Source of the DNA: Fibrobacteria bacterium
GTDB taxonomy: Bacteria; Fibrobacterota; Fibrobacteria; UBA11236
Direction of reading: 5' to 3'
Assembly: GCA_041746255.1 (NCBI GenBank)
Contig: JBGTHM010000128.1
Coordinates: forward strand, 1-35,240
DNA length: 35,240 bases
The notes under the pieces are model-generated. The model searched no databases and had not been told where the DNA came from. It worked only from the letters and a program-made list of their open reading frames with translations. Each line of letters opens with the position of its first letter. Within the stretch, counting starts at the first letter, position 1. Made by a program: the position numbers and the translations under genes. Positions 1 through 9,055 of this stretch are shown piece by piece.

Positions 1-1
1 T

Positions 2-259
2 TTGCAATTAGAATGCCTACTGCTTACGGAACATTCGCCGCTGGTTACGGAAACCTTGCAGGGAATGGATTATGCCGCTTTCAAACATCCCGACGACGCG
101 GTTTTCCGGGCGAAAAACCTTTTGGCCAACGCCCCCGAGGCAATGACCCTGCGTGCCAACCGGGAAAGAGTGATTAGCAATCACCTGTATGCAACGCGGG
201 TGGACGCCATTTTATCACTTGCAAAAAACCCTTCGCCCGGACGTCCGAGCGAAGGCTGA
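2..259 (+). CDS. C-terminal fragment of a glycosyltransferase (Glyco_trans_1_2 / CgeB-like), 5' truncated by the window edge
   Basis: LLLTE...GMDYAAF..PDD...LL...RERVISNHLYATRVDAIL resembles the C-terminal 'H(T/L)Y..R...IL' end of CgeB-like GT-B enzymes. Confidence 0.6.
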   Translation: MQLECLLLTEHSPLVTETLQGMDYAAFKHPDDAVFRAKNLLANAPEAMTLRANRERVISNHLYATRVDAILSLAKNPSPGRPSEG

Positions 260-276
260 GCCGCGATTAAGCTCGA

Positions 277-1218
277 TTAAGCTTCGAGCGCCGCCAAATA
301 ATGCTCGGCGTCCAAAGCCGCCATACAGCCGGTACCCGCGGAAGTAATCGCCTGCCGGTAACGCTTGTCCTGCACATCGCCCGCGGCGAAAACACCTGTA
401 ACGCTGGTTTTAGTGGTGCCCGGCTGGGTGACGATATAGCCGTCTTCGTCCAATTTGACCTGACCCTCAAGAAAAGCGGTGTTGGGTTTGTGGCCGATGG
501 CGTAGAACAAACCGCCGGCATCCAGCGAATATTCCTTGCCCGTCTTCAAATTGTGCAACTTGGCCTGCTCCAATTGTTCCGCGCCCTCTACGCCCAGTAA
601 AACCGTATCCCAGACGATTTCGATTTTCTTGTTGTTGAAGGCCCTGTCCTGCATGACCTTGCTGGCGCGGAATTGATCGCGCCGATGTACGAGATAAACC
701 TTGGAAGCGAATTTCGAAAGGTACCCGGCTTCCTCAATGGCGGAGTCGCCCCCACCGATGACCACCACCGGCACATTGCGGAAAATCGGCAAAGCCCCAT
801 CGCAAACCGCGCAAGCCGAAATTCCCTTTTGCCATAATTTTTCTTCGCCGGGAACATGCATGCGTTTGGCGATGGCGCCGGTGGCCAGAATCACGGTATC
901 GGTTTCCACGGTAACGTCGTCGGTATAAACTTTGAAGGGACGGGTGCTCATGTCGATTTTGGTTACGGTTTCCGTTTTGATGATGGCTCCGCATTTCAGG
1001 CTTTGCTCCCTCATGCGATTCATCAATTCGGTACCGTCGATGCCGATAAATCCCGGATAATTTTCCACTTCGGTGGTAGTGGTCAACTGACCGCCGGCGG
1101 CCACACCTCCGGCCATGAATCCCTCGAACATAACGGGGGCGAGATTGGCCCTAGCCGCGTAAATCGCCGCCGCATGTCCGGCCGGACCGGATCCCACTAT
1201 CACCACTTTCTCAGCCAT
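277..1218 (-). CDS. trxB: Thioredoxin-disulfide reductase (low-Mr NTR)
   Basis: FAD motif [20 protein letters not shown], redox CAVC, NADPH motif [21 protein letters not shown] and [10 protein letters not shown]. Start placed at ATG 1218, which follows an AAGGAG SD. Confidence 0.97.
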   Translation of the reverse strand: MAEKVVIVGSGPAGHAAAIYAARANLAPVMFEGFMAGGVAAGGQLTTTTEVENYPGFIGIDGTELMNRMREQSLKCGAIIKTETVTKIDMSTRPFKVYTDDVTVETDTVILATGAIAKRMHVPGEEKLWQKGISACAVCDGALPIFRNVPVVVIGGGDSAIEEAGYLSKFASKVYLVHRRDQFRASKVMQDRAFNNKKIEIVWDTVLLGVEGAEQLEQAKLHNLKTGKEYSLDAGGLFYAIGHKPNTAFLEGQVKLDEDGYIVTQPGTTKTSVTGVFAAGDVQDKRYRQAITSAGTGCMAALDAEHYLAALEA

Positions 1219-1363
1219 TTTCGACACTCCTTGCGTTTTTCCGGTTTAATTGTAAATCTACTAAACCATCGCAGGGATAACCCTGTCTTGGGCCACGGCC
1301 TTGCAGTCGATTTATGGCCGGATTGGCAACAATATTCGCTCAAAACGGGCTAAATAATTCTTT

Positions 1364-2284
1364 ATGCAAAAAATCAGAATCGAAGACGTCGAAATCAGTT
1401 TGGCCCCGGCGGTGGAAATCCGGCCCCAGTGGATTGGCCAGCAAACACCCTTAACCCAGCTCCTGGCCTGTTGGCATTTACTGACGGAAACCGATCAGTC
1501 CTTATGTCCCCGGTTGGTCGGCCATCCCGGCCTGGGAAAAACCACCTTGGCCATGGCCGCCGCCGCCCAGCGCGGACAGGCGGTTTACATTCTGCAATGC
1601 ACCGCCGACACGCGCCCCGAAGACCTCATTATAACCCCCGTGTTAAGCCACAACGGAGCCATAAAATACCAGGCTTCGGCGCTGGTATCCGCCATGTTGA
1701 CCGGAGGCGTGGCGGTATTGGACGAAGGCAACCGCATGTCGGAGAAATCCTGGGCCTCCCTGGCCGCGCTACTCGATGACCGCCGCTCGGTGGAATCGGT
1801 GGTGGCGGGCATAACCGTGCATGCGCATAAGGATTTCCGCTGCGTGGTCACCATGAACGAAGACGACTCCACTTTCGAAATTCCGGATTACATCATGTCG
1901 CGCATTCAACCCGCCATCGAAGTGCCCTTTCCGGATGCCGAAGACGAGCTGTTGATCTTGCGCTATAAATTGCCGCAAGCACCCGACGAATTGGTCAAAA
2001 TCTGCCTGGGGTTCTTGCAGCAAGCCCATGGTCTCGATCTCCCCTACTCCGTGCGTGACGGCCTCAACGCCATCCGCTATGCGCAAAAGCTCGAGCAAGT
2101 GCAAGGCGGGCAATGGCCGGCCCTCTTCTCGCAAGCCATCCGACAAATTCTCGGAGACGAGGCTTTGAATCTGGAACAGGTTTCGGAAAAACGCCGACGA
2201 CTGGGCATGACGCTTCCCGGCATGCATCTGGGTGACCTCTTTTTCGACGACGACGACCCTCTCAACCCGGACCGCCCGGACTGA
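1364..2284 (+). CDS. MoxR-family AAA+ ATPase (AAA_5-like)
   Basis: Walker A GHPGLGKT, Walker B VAVLDEGNR, HKDFRCVVTMN sensor-1 region and a C-terminal SVRD sensor-2-like motif. Confidence 0.85.
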   Translation: MQKIRIEDVEISLAPAVEIRPQWIGQQTPLTQLLACWHLLTETDQSLCPRLVGHPGLGKTTLAMAAAAQRGQAVYILQCTADTRPEDLIITPVLSHNGAIKYQASALVSAMLTGGVAVLDEGNRMSEKSWASLAALLDDRRSVESVVAGITVHAHKDFRCVVTMNEDDSTFEIPDYIMSRIQPAIEVPFPDAEDELLILRYKLPQAPDELVKICLGFLQQAHGLDLPYSVRDGLNAIRYAQKLEQVQGGQWPALFSQAIRQILGDEALNLEQVSEKRRRLGMTLPGMHLGDLFFDDDDPLNPDRPD

Positions 2285-2298
2285 ACCGCCCCGAGGAA

Positions 2299-4152
2299 AT
2301 GCTTCCGATGGCCTTCGCGCTGGATACCGGCATCACCGCTTTCCCCTCCCTTCATGGGAGCGCTCCCTTCGCCATGGAATTACGCAAGCTTTTTTGGGAT
2401 CGTAAATTCGCCGGCGTAACCGTCGCGCTACCGGCGCTGCTTCAGGAGAGCTGCATAGAGGCCATGGCCCACCTGCCGGTAATCCATGCCGTCACCGCCC
2501 GCCATCCCGATGGAACCCGCGCCTACCTCCCGATGGACCCCTGCGACGCCTACGTCGAGGCCATGCGCCAGGCTACGCAGAAAAGGATTCCCTTGCGCTT
2601 CCTGGAGGATACCTATCTCCTGAACAACCCCCTGGATTATCACCTGCCCGACGCCTATTTGATGCAAGCCATCGGCCTGGAAAAATACACCGACCTGGCG
2701 CGTAGCCGGATAATCCCAGATGCCGACACCGGGCTGCGAGCCGAAAAAATTTACCGCCAACTGCGTCGACTCTCATTGGAAAGCGACGGCGAGTTGCTGT
2801 TGGTCTGCGACTTCCCGCTTTTCTTCGCGCTGGAAAAAATCTTCAGCAAGGAGTCGGTTGAGCGTATTATGACCGATGCCCGGCAGGATACGAATACCGA
2901 GGAGGAGGAGAACGACGGAGAAACTTTCGAGGTGCGTTCCTTTCCCATCGCCTCCGGCCTTCTTTACTTCGCCCTGGGGGAATTGCCCTTTTATACCGGG
3001 GAACTGGAGAAGGAAAGACAGAACGTGCTGGCGACGCCGCGCGCTTATCTCGACCTGGTTAAAAAGATTTTCGTGGACACCCGCAATCAATATCTCGAAG
3101 CCTTGCAACAACGCAGTATTTCCCTGAAAAAACTGCAAATCGCCCTGACCTACGCTCGCAACCTCGCCGCGCTCGAAGGAAGACTGACGCCGGAATTACT
3201 GGACTTGATTACCGCCGCCAAAGGGGTATTCGGTTCCGGCTTCGCGACGCGTGTTTTCGAAGCCGCCCGCTACTACCCTTTTTTCGATCCAGCGGGTGTA
3301 GACGAAATCCGCGTGGGGCCCGATCACATTCAGGAACCGGACGATGAGGAACCCGTCGCGGCCGTGAACTTGCTGCAAGACCATGGCAAAACCTGGAAAA
3401 CTTTGCATTTGAAAAAAGAACCTTCGCGCAAACGTCAGGTGGATTACCGTTATGCCTGGGACCCGCGAGGTATGTGCTCACATCTCCCCGAAGACATTCG
3501 TATCGAAGCCTTTAATCAAACGGTAAGACGCCGTTCCCGCGAAACCTTGCTGCAAGCCTCATCCACACCGGAAAAACTCACGGCTTCCCTCAAAGACGGG
3601 ATCGACTTGCGCGAAACCCTGCGTCGCGTTTCGACGGGGGGCATTTATGTGAAGGAAGAACCGCCTACGCGCGGACGCGTCGATACCGTGGTGATAATAT
3701 TCGATGAAGACCGCGACGAACGCTATCCCAATCGCGCCACTTGGTATGCGGAGCATGCGGAAGAAAGCACTTTGACGTTTTACGCCACCGACCCCATGGA
3801 AAAAATGTTGGGGCCCGGCATTGCCGAAGCCGAATATGGGGGCCTAAGCCTGCTTTTCCCGCCCCGCCCGGTAACGGAAGTCTTCTCGCGCCGGAGCAAG
3901 CTGGATTTTCATAACCTGGCTGAGCAGCTTCTCTATGGCGCCTTACAGAATAGCCGGGAAAAAGTGATAGCCTATGTCTCGGCGCGCAAGCCCGATCTGC
4001 GTAAAAAGAAATTGGCTTCGCGGTGGAAAAAAAGATTGGTCTGGATTCCACTCAGCTCATTCAGCCAGGAGACTTTGCAAAAGCTGCGCAAGTTCCACAT
4101 TCTCAACGGGAAACAGGTAAGGGCCTGGGCCAATCGATTCATAGATGACTAA
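2299..4152 (+). CDS. Conserved hypothetical 617-aa cytoplasmic protein, probable MoxR partner
   Basis: Long ORF 14 bp after the AAA gene and overlapping thiD. GIDLRETLRR followed by VVIIFD resembles the pre-vWA segment and first strand of vWA partners, but there is no DxSxS MIDAS. Confidence 0.75.
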   Translation: MLPMAFALDTGITAFPSLHGSAPFAMELRKLFWDRKFAGVTVALPALLQESCIEAMAHLPVIHAVTARHPDGTRAYLPMDPCDAYVEAMRQATQKRIPLRFLEDTYLLNNPLDYHLPDAYLMQAIGLEKYTDLARSRIIPDADTGLRAEKIYRQLRRLSLESDGELLLVCDFPLFFALEKIFSKESVERIMTDARQDTNTEEEENDGETFEVRSFPIASGLLYFALGELPFYTGELEKERQNVLATPRAYLDLVKKIFVDTRNQYLEALQQRSISLKKLQIALTYARNLAALEGRLTPELLDLITAAKGVFGSGFATRVFEAARYYPFFDPAGVDEIRVGPDHIQEPDDEEPVAAVNLLQDHGKTWKTLHLKKEPSRKRQVDYRYAWDPRGMCSHLPEDIRIEAFNQTVRRRSRETLLQASSTPEKLTASLKDGIDLRETLRRVSTGGIYVKEEPPTRGRVDTVVIIFDEDRDERYPNRATWYAEHAEESTLTFYATDPMEKMLGPGIAEAEYGGLSLLFPPRPVTEVFSRRSKLDFHNLAEQLLYGALQNSREKVIAYVSARKPDLRKKKLASRWKKRLVWIPLSSFSQETLQKLRKFHILNGKQVRAWANRFIDD

Positions 4153-5011
4153 AAAACCGGACCTGGACCGAAAGCCGGGCCCCGAAAGTGACATGGAAGC
4201 GATCAACTCCATAAAAAAATCAGGTGAACCCAAAATGCCCATCGTGCTTACGCTGGCGGGATCCGATCCCAGCGGTGGCGCGGGAATCGAAGGCGACTTG
4301 AAAACCCTTACCCGCCTGGGGGTGCATGCCATGGCGATACCGACCTTACAGACGGTGCAAAATACCCTGGGGGTCCGCGAGGTTCGATTTTTGGATCCGG
4401 ATTTTTTGGTGCGGCAATATGAATGCCTGTGCGAAGATTTGTTCCCCGATGCGATTAAAATCGGAGCCGTCGGCAGCAAAGCCATGCTGCATACGCTGAT
4501 TCGACTCTTGTCCCGTTCCGAAGTCCGGAAAATTCCCATTGTAATCGATACTGTAATCCAAAGCACATCCGGGGCCGACATGCTGGAGCCGGGAGCCCTG
4601 GAGGATTTCCGGGACGGCCTGCTTCCCTTGGCTACAGTGATAACTCCAAATGCTCCGGAATTTTCGCTGCTCTCCGGCCGGGAAGTTACTCCGGAGAACC
4701 GCGAAAGCGAATTATTGCGATTTGGACAGTCGAAACCCTATGCCACGCTTTTGAAAGGCGGCCATTTTCCCGGCGACCCGGTGGATTACCTGCATTTTGA
4801 GGGAACTGTACGGGGTTTTCCTTCCCAGCGGGTGGAAACCCGGCATACCCATGGCACTGGATGCGCCTTCGCCTCCTCACTCGCTGCGTTCCTGAGTCAG
4901 GGAATGAGCGTTTTAGAAGCGACACCCCTGGCGCAATCCCAGGTACTGTGGGCCATTCAGCGAAATCCGGGCCTGGGCCTAGGGAACGGCCCCCTCGGTT
5001 TCGGGAATTGA
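4145..5011 (+). CDS. thiD: Hydroxymethylpyrimidine/phosphomethylpyrimidine kinase
   Basis: VLTLAGSDPSGGAGIEGDLKT, TVQNT.GV, VITPN.PE, LLKGGH and THGTGCAFAS. The true start may be a downstream ATG. Confidence 0.93.
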   Translation: MTKKPDLDRKPGPESDMEAINSIKKSGEPKMPIVLTLAGSDPSGGAGIEGDLKTLTRLGVHAMAIPTLQTVQNTLGVREVRFLDPDFLVRQYECLCEDLFPDAIKIGAVGSKAMLHTLIRLLSRSEVRKIPIVIDTVIQSTSGADMLEPGALEDFRDGLLPLATVITPNAPEFSLLSGREVTPENRESELLRFGQSKPYATLLKGGHFPGDPVDYLHFEGTVRGFPSQRVETRHTHGTGCAFASSLAAFLSQGMSVLEATPLAQSQVLWAIQRNPGLGLGNGPLGFGN

Positions 5012-5178
5012 GGATAGGTTTGCCCAAACTACGCTTTTTTGCGTAAAAGTCCCAAATGATTAGAGCTCAAGTGATTATTTGATTCCCGCTCCGCAAAACA
5101 TAACTTTATAACCATGACGGTTTACCCTAGTTTCCGTTGGCATGGCCAATCGGAGGCGGACCTAGAGATCCAGACTAA

Positions 5179-8100
5179 ATGAAGATTTTCGTTACACTCT
5201 TAATCCACTTTTTTATTTCGCTTGCCATGGTGCAAGCTGACGTAAAGATTCAGCGGGGACAACTGGTTTTTCCGGATAAGTCCACGACAGCGCAGGCGAA
5301 CCTTCCCGTTGCGGTGGATCCCTCCCGGTCGGTGTTGCTTTTTTCCTATTCCCCCAAAAAAGAAGAGCCTCAGCATAATCTGGTAACCGGAGATTTTTCT
5401 GCGCCGGGTTCCTTGCTCTTCACCCGCACCGAGGGTGACGACCCCATAACCATCCAGTGGCAGACAATTGAGTTTAGTGGAAATGTGAAGGTGCTGAAAG
5501 GTCTGTCAGCCATCACCGGCCCCACCGAATTAGCCATCCAAGCGGTGGATACGCGGAAAGCCTTTCCGATTCTGCAGGTCAGATCACCGAGCGATGAATA
5601 TGGAGGGACTGACGGCATCACGCTCGACATCTTTGCACCCGATAAAATCCGACTGGCCGCGAATAAATACCGGGCAAATGACGGCCCTATTTGGGTTCAC
5701 TGGCAGATAATTGAATACGGAGGCGCAAAAGTCCAACAGGTCAAAGCCACCTTGGATCAAAAGTCCGTCGAGGTGGAGGCGCCTATAGAAAAAGTGGTGA
5801 TGGAAAATACCATGCTTTTCAATACGCAGTCTTTTTCCGATTTCACTTCCGCGGCCAACATCGGCATCAGCCAATTGGCCCCCTCGGGCGACAGGGTTAT
5901 TTTTTCGCGCGACCTGGCCGGAAATTCCCTGACATCGATGATTGGATACGTAGTTGAATTCATCGACGGAAGCCTGGTCTCGCATAATTCCGTTTCCTTC
6001 ACGGCGAACGTAAGGAGTCAGTCGGTAGACTTTACCGGCAATATCAATCGCAGCATCACCTGGATGCCCACGCAGCTGGGGCGGCAAGGGGCTGTGACGG
6101 GCAACGCTCTTTCTCACAAGGCCGCGGGCAATTATTGGATTGCGCACAACCTCGATGGTAAACAAGCCATATTGACCAGAAATGAAACGGGGGGCAGGGT
6201 GAGTGCGCCTTTGCAAATACTGACCTTCGCCCCACCTCCGCTAATCCTGGATCAGCCGGCGGACGTGGCGGTTTTGTCAGGGGCTCGAGCAATGTTCACA
6301 GTACGCGCCCAAAATGCCAAAGCTTACCAGTGGTATGACTTGACCGGCACACCCATCGCCGGAGCCACCCAGAACACCTATTCCCTCGCATCCGCGCTCT
6401 ACAGTGAATTTCCGCAGGGTTTTTATTGCAAAATCACCAACCATACGGATACCGTGACGACCAGGACAGCCTCCCTGAAGGTGGAATTGGAAAAACCTTC
6501 CAGACCGGTGGCTTCGCCCGCCGGTCCCCTGGAATTCGTGGATAGCCTTAAGGTGGGATTACGGGCGTCGCCGTCAGGCGCTACGCTTTACTACACCCTC
6601 AACGGAGACGCCCCCAGCATCAACAGCGCCCGCTATACCGATTCGATTTCATTAAACCGTACTACTACCCTAAAAGCCATCGCCATCGTCGGCAGTGAAT
6701 GGAGCGATGTCTTCTCAACCACCTATACACGCATCATTTTGCCCACCGCCGCAGCCCCGACCGGCGAAGTCGCCCTCCATTTATCGGATAGCACGACCCG
6801 TGTCACCCTTAAGAGCGGAACTTCCGCGGCCCGCATCCATTATACCTTGGACGGCTCGAAGCCCAGTGAACTCGCTGCCCGTTATGCGGATCCGATTTTG
6901 ATAACCGCACCGGTTACCTTGCGTGCCATCGCATTTGCGGATGGCCATACCCCCAGCGCGGAACTTTCCCAAAGCTTCGCGCCCCTCAAAGTACCCGAAA
7001 CCGCTGGAAATCCCGGCCAGGTCCATCTCCACGGCGACTCCACCTATGCAGTGGAGCCCGGATACTTGCTTAAAAACAATGCTGTCGGTTCAGGATCCGA
7101 AGTCGCCATTGCGCAAGTTGAACCGGAAGGCTTGAACCTCCCGGGATTTTCCGATGTGACCCAAGCCTTTCGGGTCACCGCCAAGGAGGCGAATGGAATA
7201 CTCAGCCTGAAATCCATCCGCATTCCACCTGGGGACAAATCGCTTTACCGAATCACGGAAAAGGGTGCTATACAGGCGGTATCGCATGCCGATTCGGGTA
7301 CGATTGACCAAGGGGCGGTTTATTTCTTCGGCAGGGACATCCAGCCCCCGCAAATCACCTTCGAGAAAGAAGGATTCATAGCAGGCGACTCGACGGAAGT
7401 AATTGTAAGAATCGTCGACAATATCGAAAATGTAAAACTGGAATTACGCCGTAGCGACAAACCCAACGTAATCACCGATGTGGCACGGGATGAGCAAGGA
7501 CGAATCCGGTTAATTGTCAAACCATCAGGTCCCGAAGTCCGAGGCATCGGGCTTTCGGTAAAGGCCATGGATGGGCGCAATACCCGGGTATTCCCCGCGG
7601 AAGGCGAAGATTACCTTCCTTCCCAGAGGTTTTCGGCGGGTAAATCGCCTTCCGTCTTAAGCCTGGGAAACACCCAAAGCGCTCCCTGGGACTTGGTGGG
7701 TTTTCCCTTGCGATTCCAGCAGGGATACTCCTTGGCCAAACTTCGCGACCGGAGCGGTTTTTCCGAATTGATGGCACTAACCTGGGATGAAAAACAGAAA
7801 AAATATACCCGAGTGGAAAGTAACCGCAACCTTACTCCGGGCATGGCGCTATGGATGGCTACCCCGGAGAAACACTCCGCTCTTCACTTGGAAGCGAGCG
7901 AAAACCAACAGTGTCCGGAATTCACCGCCGAGATCCGGGTATCTCCCGGGTGGAACATGGTTGCAAATCCCTGCTTGCAAAAAAAGTATTGGCCGGCCTC
8001 CCCTTCCGACCCAGATGCATTTTTCTCCAGTCCCCTGAAAGGCCTAAACGGTTATAAAGCCGGCGACTCCCCGGGCTATTTCAAAACGGATAGCTTAGAA

Positions 8101-8964
8101 CCCTGGAGAGGCTATTTCGTCTACTATTACGGCAGTCGCGATACCGTGGTAAAACTGCTTTCCCAACCGGTTGCCCCGAAGGCCATCGCCAAATCCGGTG
8201 AAGGGGTGACCGCTCCAGCCGTGTCTATTGATGTTTTTATGGCCTTCCGGGGAAATGGCGGAAGAACTTTGTGGTTGGGAGCGATGCCGGGCGCGGACTC
8301 ACCGACATCCTGGGAGGATGAGCCCGCACTTCCCAATTTCCAGGGGGGATGGGAGGCTTTCGCGGTTCGTGGCGGAAAGGCGTGGTCTACCGATATCCAG
8401 CGCTTTCGTGAGGATTCCGTTTTGCAATGGCGCGTAACAACTTCCAAAAGATCGCAGGGCCAACCCGGCGAGACTTTGCCGATTTCAGAGTTACGTTATC
8501 CGCGGGGATATGAGGTATGGGCGATTTCGTCCCTGCGTGGTTTAAAGTTCAAACTGGAAACGAATGGGGTGTTGCCCGCCTTTCAGGCAGGGGACACCTT
8601 AGACATTTTCGCCGGTCCCGCTTCGGCCCTGGAGCGGCTCGGAGCGTGGCGGCAGGCCGCTTGGGAAGCTCCCACCTTCAACTATCAGGCCTCGACGGAA
8701 TCGGGTGCCTGGCGCGTGGTCTTGCATTTACCCTCCCCGGCAAGGGTGAAACTTTCCCTGTGGACGGCGCTGGGGGAAAAATTGGAGGAACAGGCTCTTG
8801 GGTTTTTGGCGGAAGGCCGCTACGATTTCCGCTTTTCCCTCGGAAAGTCTTCTTCCCAAACCCCCTTCCCGGCCTTCCGGGGAAAATTATTTTCCCTATT
8901 GGAAATCGACGGTGGAGCCGGTTCCAAACTGCCACGGCGAAAAGTAATCCCCTTACAACCCTAA
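5179..8964 (+). CDS. Large secreted modular protein, paralog 1: four ~80-aa N-terminal repeats, one Ig, two Fn3-associated/chitobiase-C domains, shared C-terminal module
   Basis: Signal peptide MKIFVTLLIHFFISLAMVQA. Ig motif (YQWY...FYCKITN), YTLNGDAP and YTLDGSKP domains. C-terminal motifs PWDLVGFP, GWNMVANP and DSLEPWRGYFVY are shared with the other two paralogs. Confidence 0.85.
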   Translation: MKIFVTLLIHFFISLAMVQADVKIQRGQLVFPDKSTTAQANLPVAVDPSRSVLLFSYSPKKEEPQHNLVTGDFSAPGSLLFTRTEGDDPITIQWQTIEFSGNVKVLKGLSAITGPTELAIQAVDTRKAFPILQVRSPSDEYGGTDGITLDIFAPDKIRLAANKYRANDGPIWVHWQIIEYGGAKVQQVKATLDQKSVEVEAPIEKVVMENTMLFNTQSFSDFTSAANIGISQLAPSGDRVIFSRDLAGNSLTSMIGYVVEFIDGSLVSHNSVSFTANVRSQSVDFTGNINRSITWMPTQLGRQGAVTGNALSHKAAGNYWIAHNLDGKQAILTRNETGGRVSAPLQILTFAPPPLILDQPADVAVLSGARAMFTVRAQNAKAYQWYDLTGTPIAGATQNTYSLASALYSEFPQGFYCKITNHTDTVTTRTASLKVELEKPSRPVASPAGPLEFVDSLKVGLRASPSGATLYYTLNGDAPSINSARYTDSISLNRTTTLKAIAIVGSEWSDVFSTTYTRIILPTAAAPTGEVALHLSDSTTRVTLKSGTSAARIHYTLDGSKPSELAARYADPILITAPVTLRAIAFADGHTPSAELSQSFAPLKVPETAGNPGQVHLHGDSTYAVEPGYLLKNNAVGSGSEVAIAQVEPEGLNLPGFSDVTQAFRVTAKEANGILSLKSIRIPPGDKSLYRITEKGAIQAVSHADSGTIDQGAVYFFGRDIQPPQITFEKEGFIAGDSTEVIVRIVDNIENVKLELRRSDKPNVITDVARDEQGRIRLIVKPSGPEVRGIGLSVKAMDGRNTRVFPAEGEDYLPSQRFSAGKSPSVLSLGNTQSAPWDLVGFPLRFQQGYSLAKLRDRSGFSELMALTWDEKQKKYTRVESNRNLTPGMALWMATPEKHSALHLEASENQQCPEFTAEIRVSPGWNMVANPCLQKKYWPASPSDPDAFFSSPLKGLNGYKAGDSPGYFKTDSLEPWRGYFVYYYGSRDTVVKLLSQPVAPKAIAKSGEGVTAPAVSIDVFMAFRGNGGRTLWLGAMPGADSPTSWEDEPALPNFQGGWEAFAVRGGKAWSTDIQRFREDSVLQWRVTTSKRSQGQPGETLPISELRYPRGYEVWAISSLRGLKFKLETNGVLPAFQAGDTLDIFAGPASALERLGAWRQAAWEAPTFNYQASTESGAWRVVLHLPSPARVKLSLWTALGEKLEEQALGFLAEGRYDFRFSLGKSSSQTPFPAFRGKLFSLLEIDGGAGSKLPRRKVIPLQP

Positions 8965-9000
8965 TTCCCCAACAGGGCCGCTCCCAAAGCCTACCATTAC

Positions 9001-9030
9001 TTCTTGCGGGCCACCGCCAGCCCTTATAAT
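9001..9030 (+). promoter_or_regulatory. Possible sigma70 promoter for paralog 2
   Basis: Perfect TATAAT at 9025-9030, 25 nt before the ATG. The -35 is weak (TTGCGG with 15-nt spacer or TTCTTG with 18-nt spacer). Confidence 0.35.
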
Positions 9031-9055
9031 GGGTGGGCACCCGATCAAGTAAATA

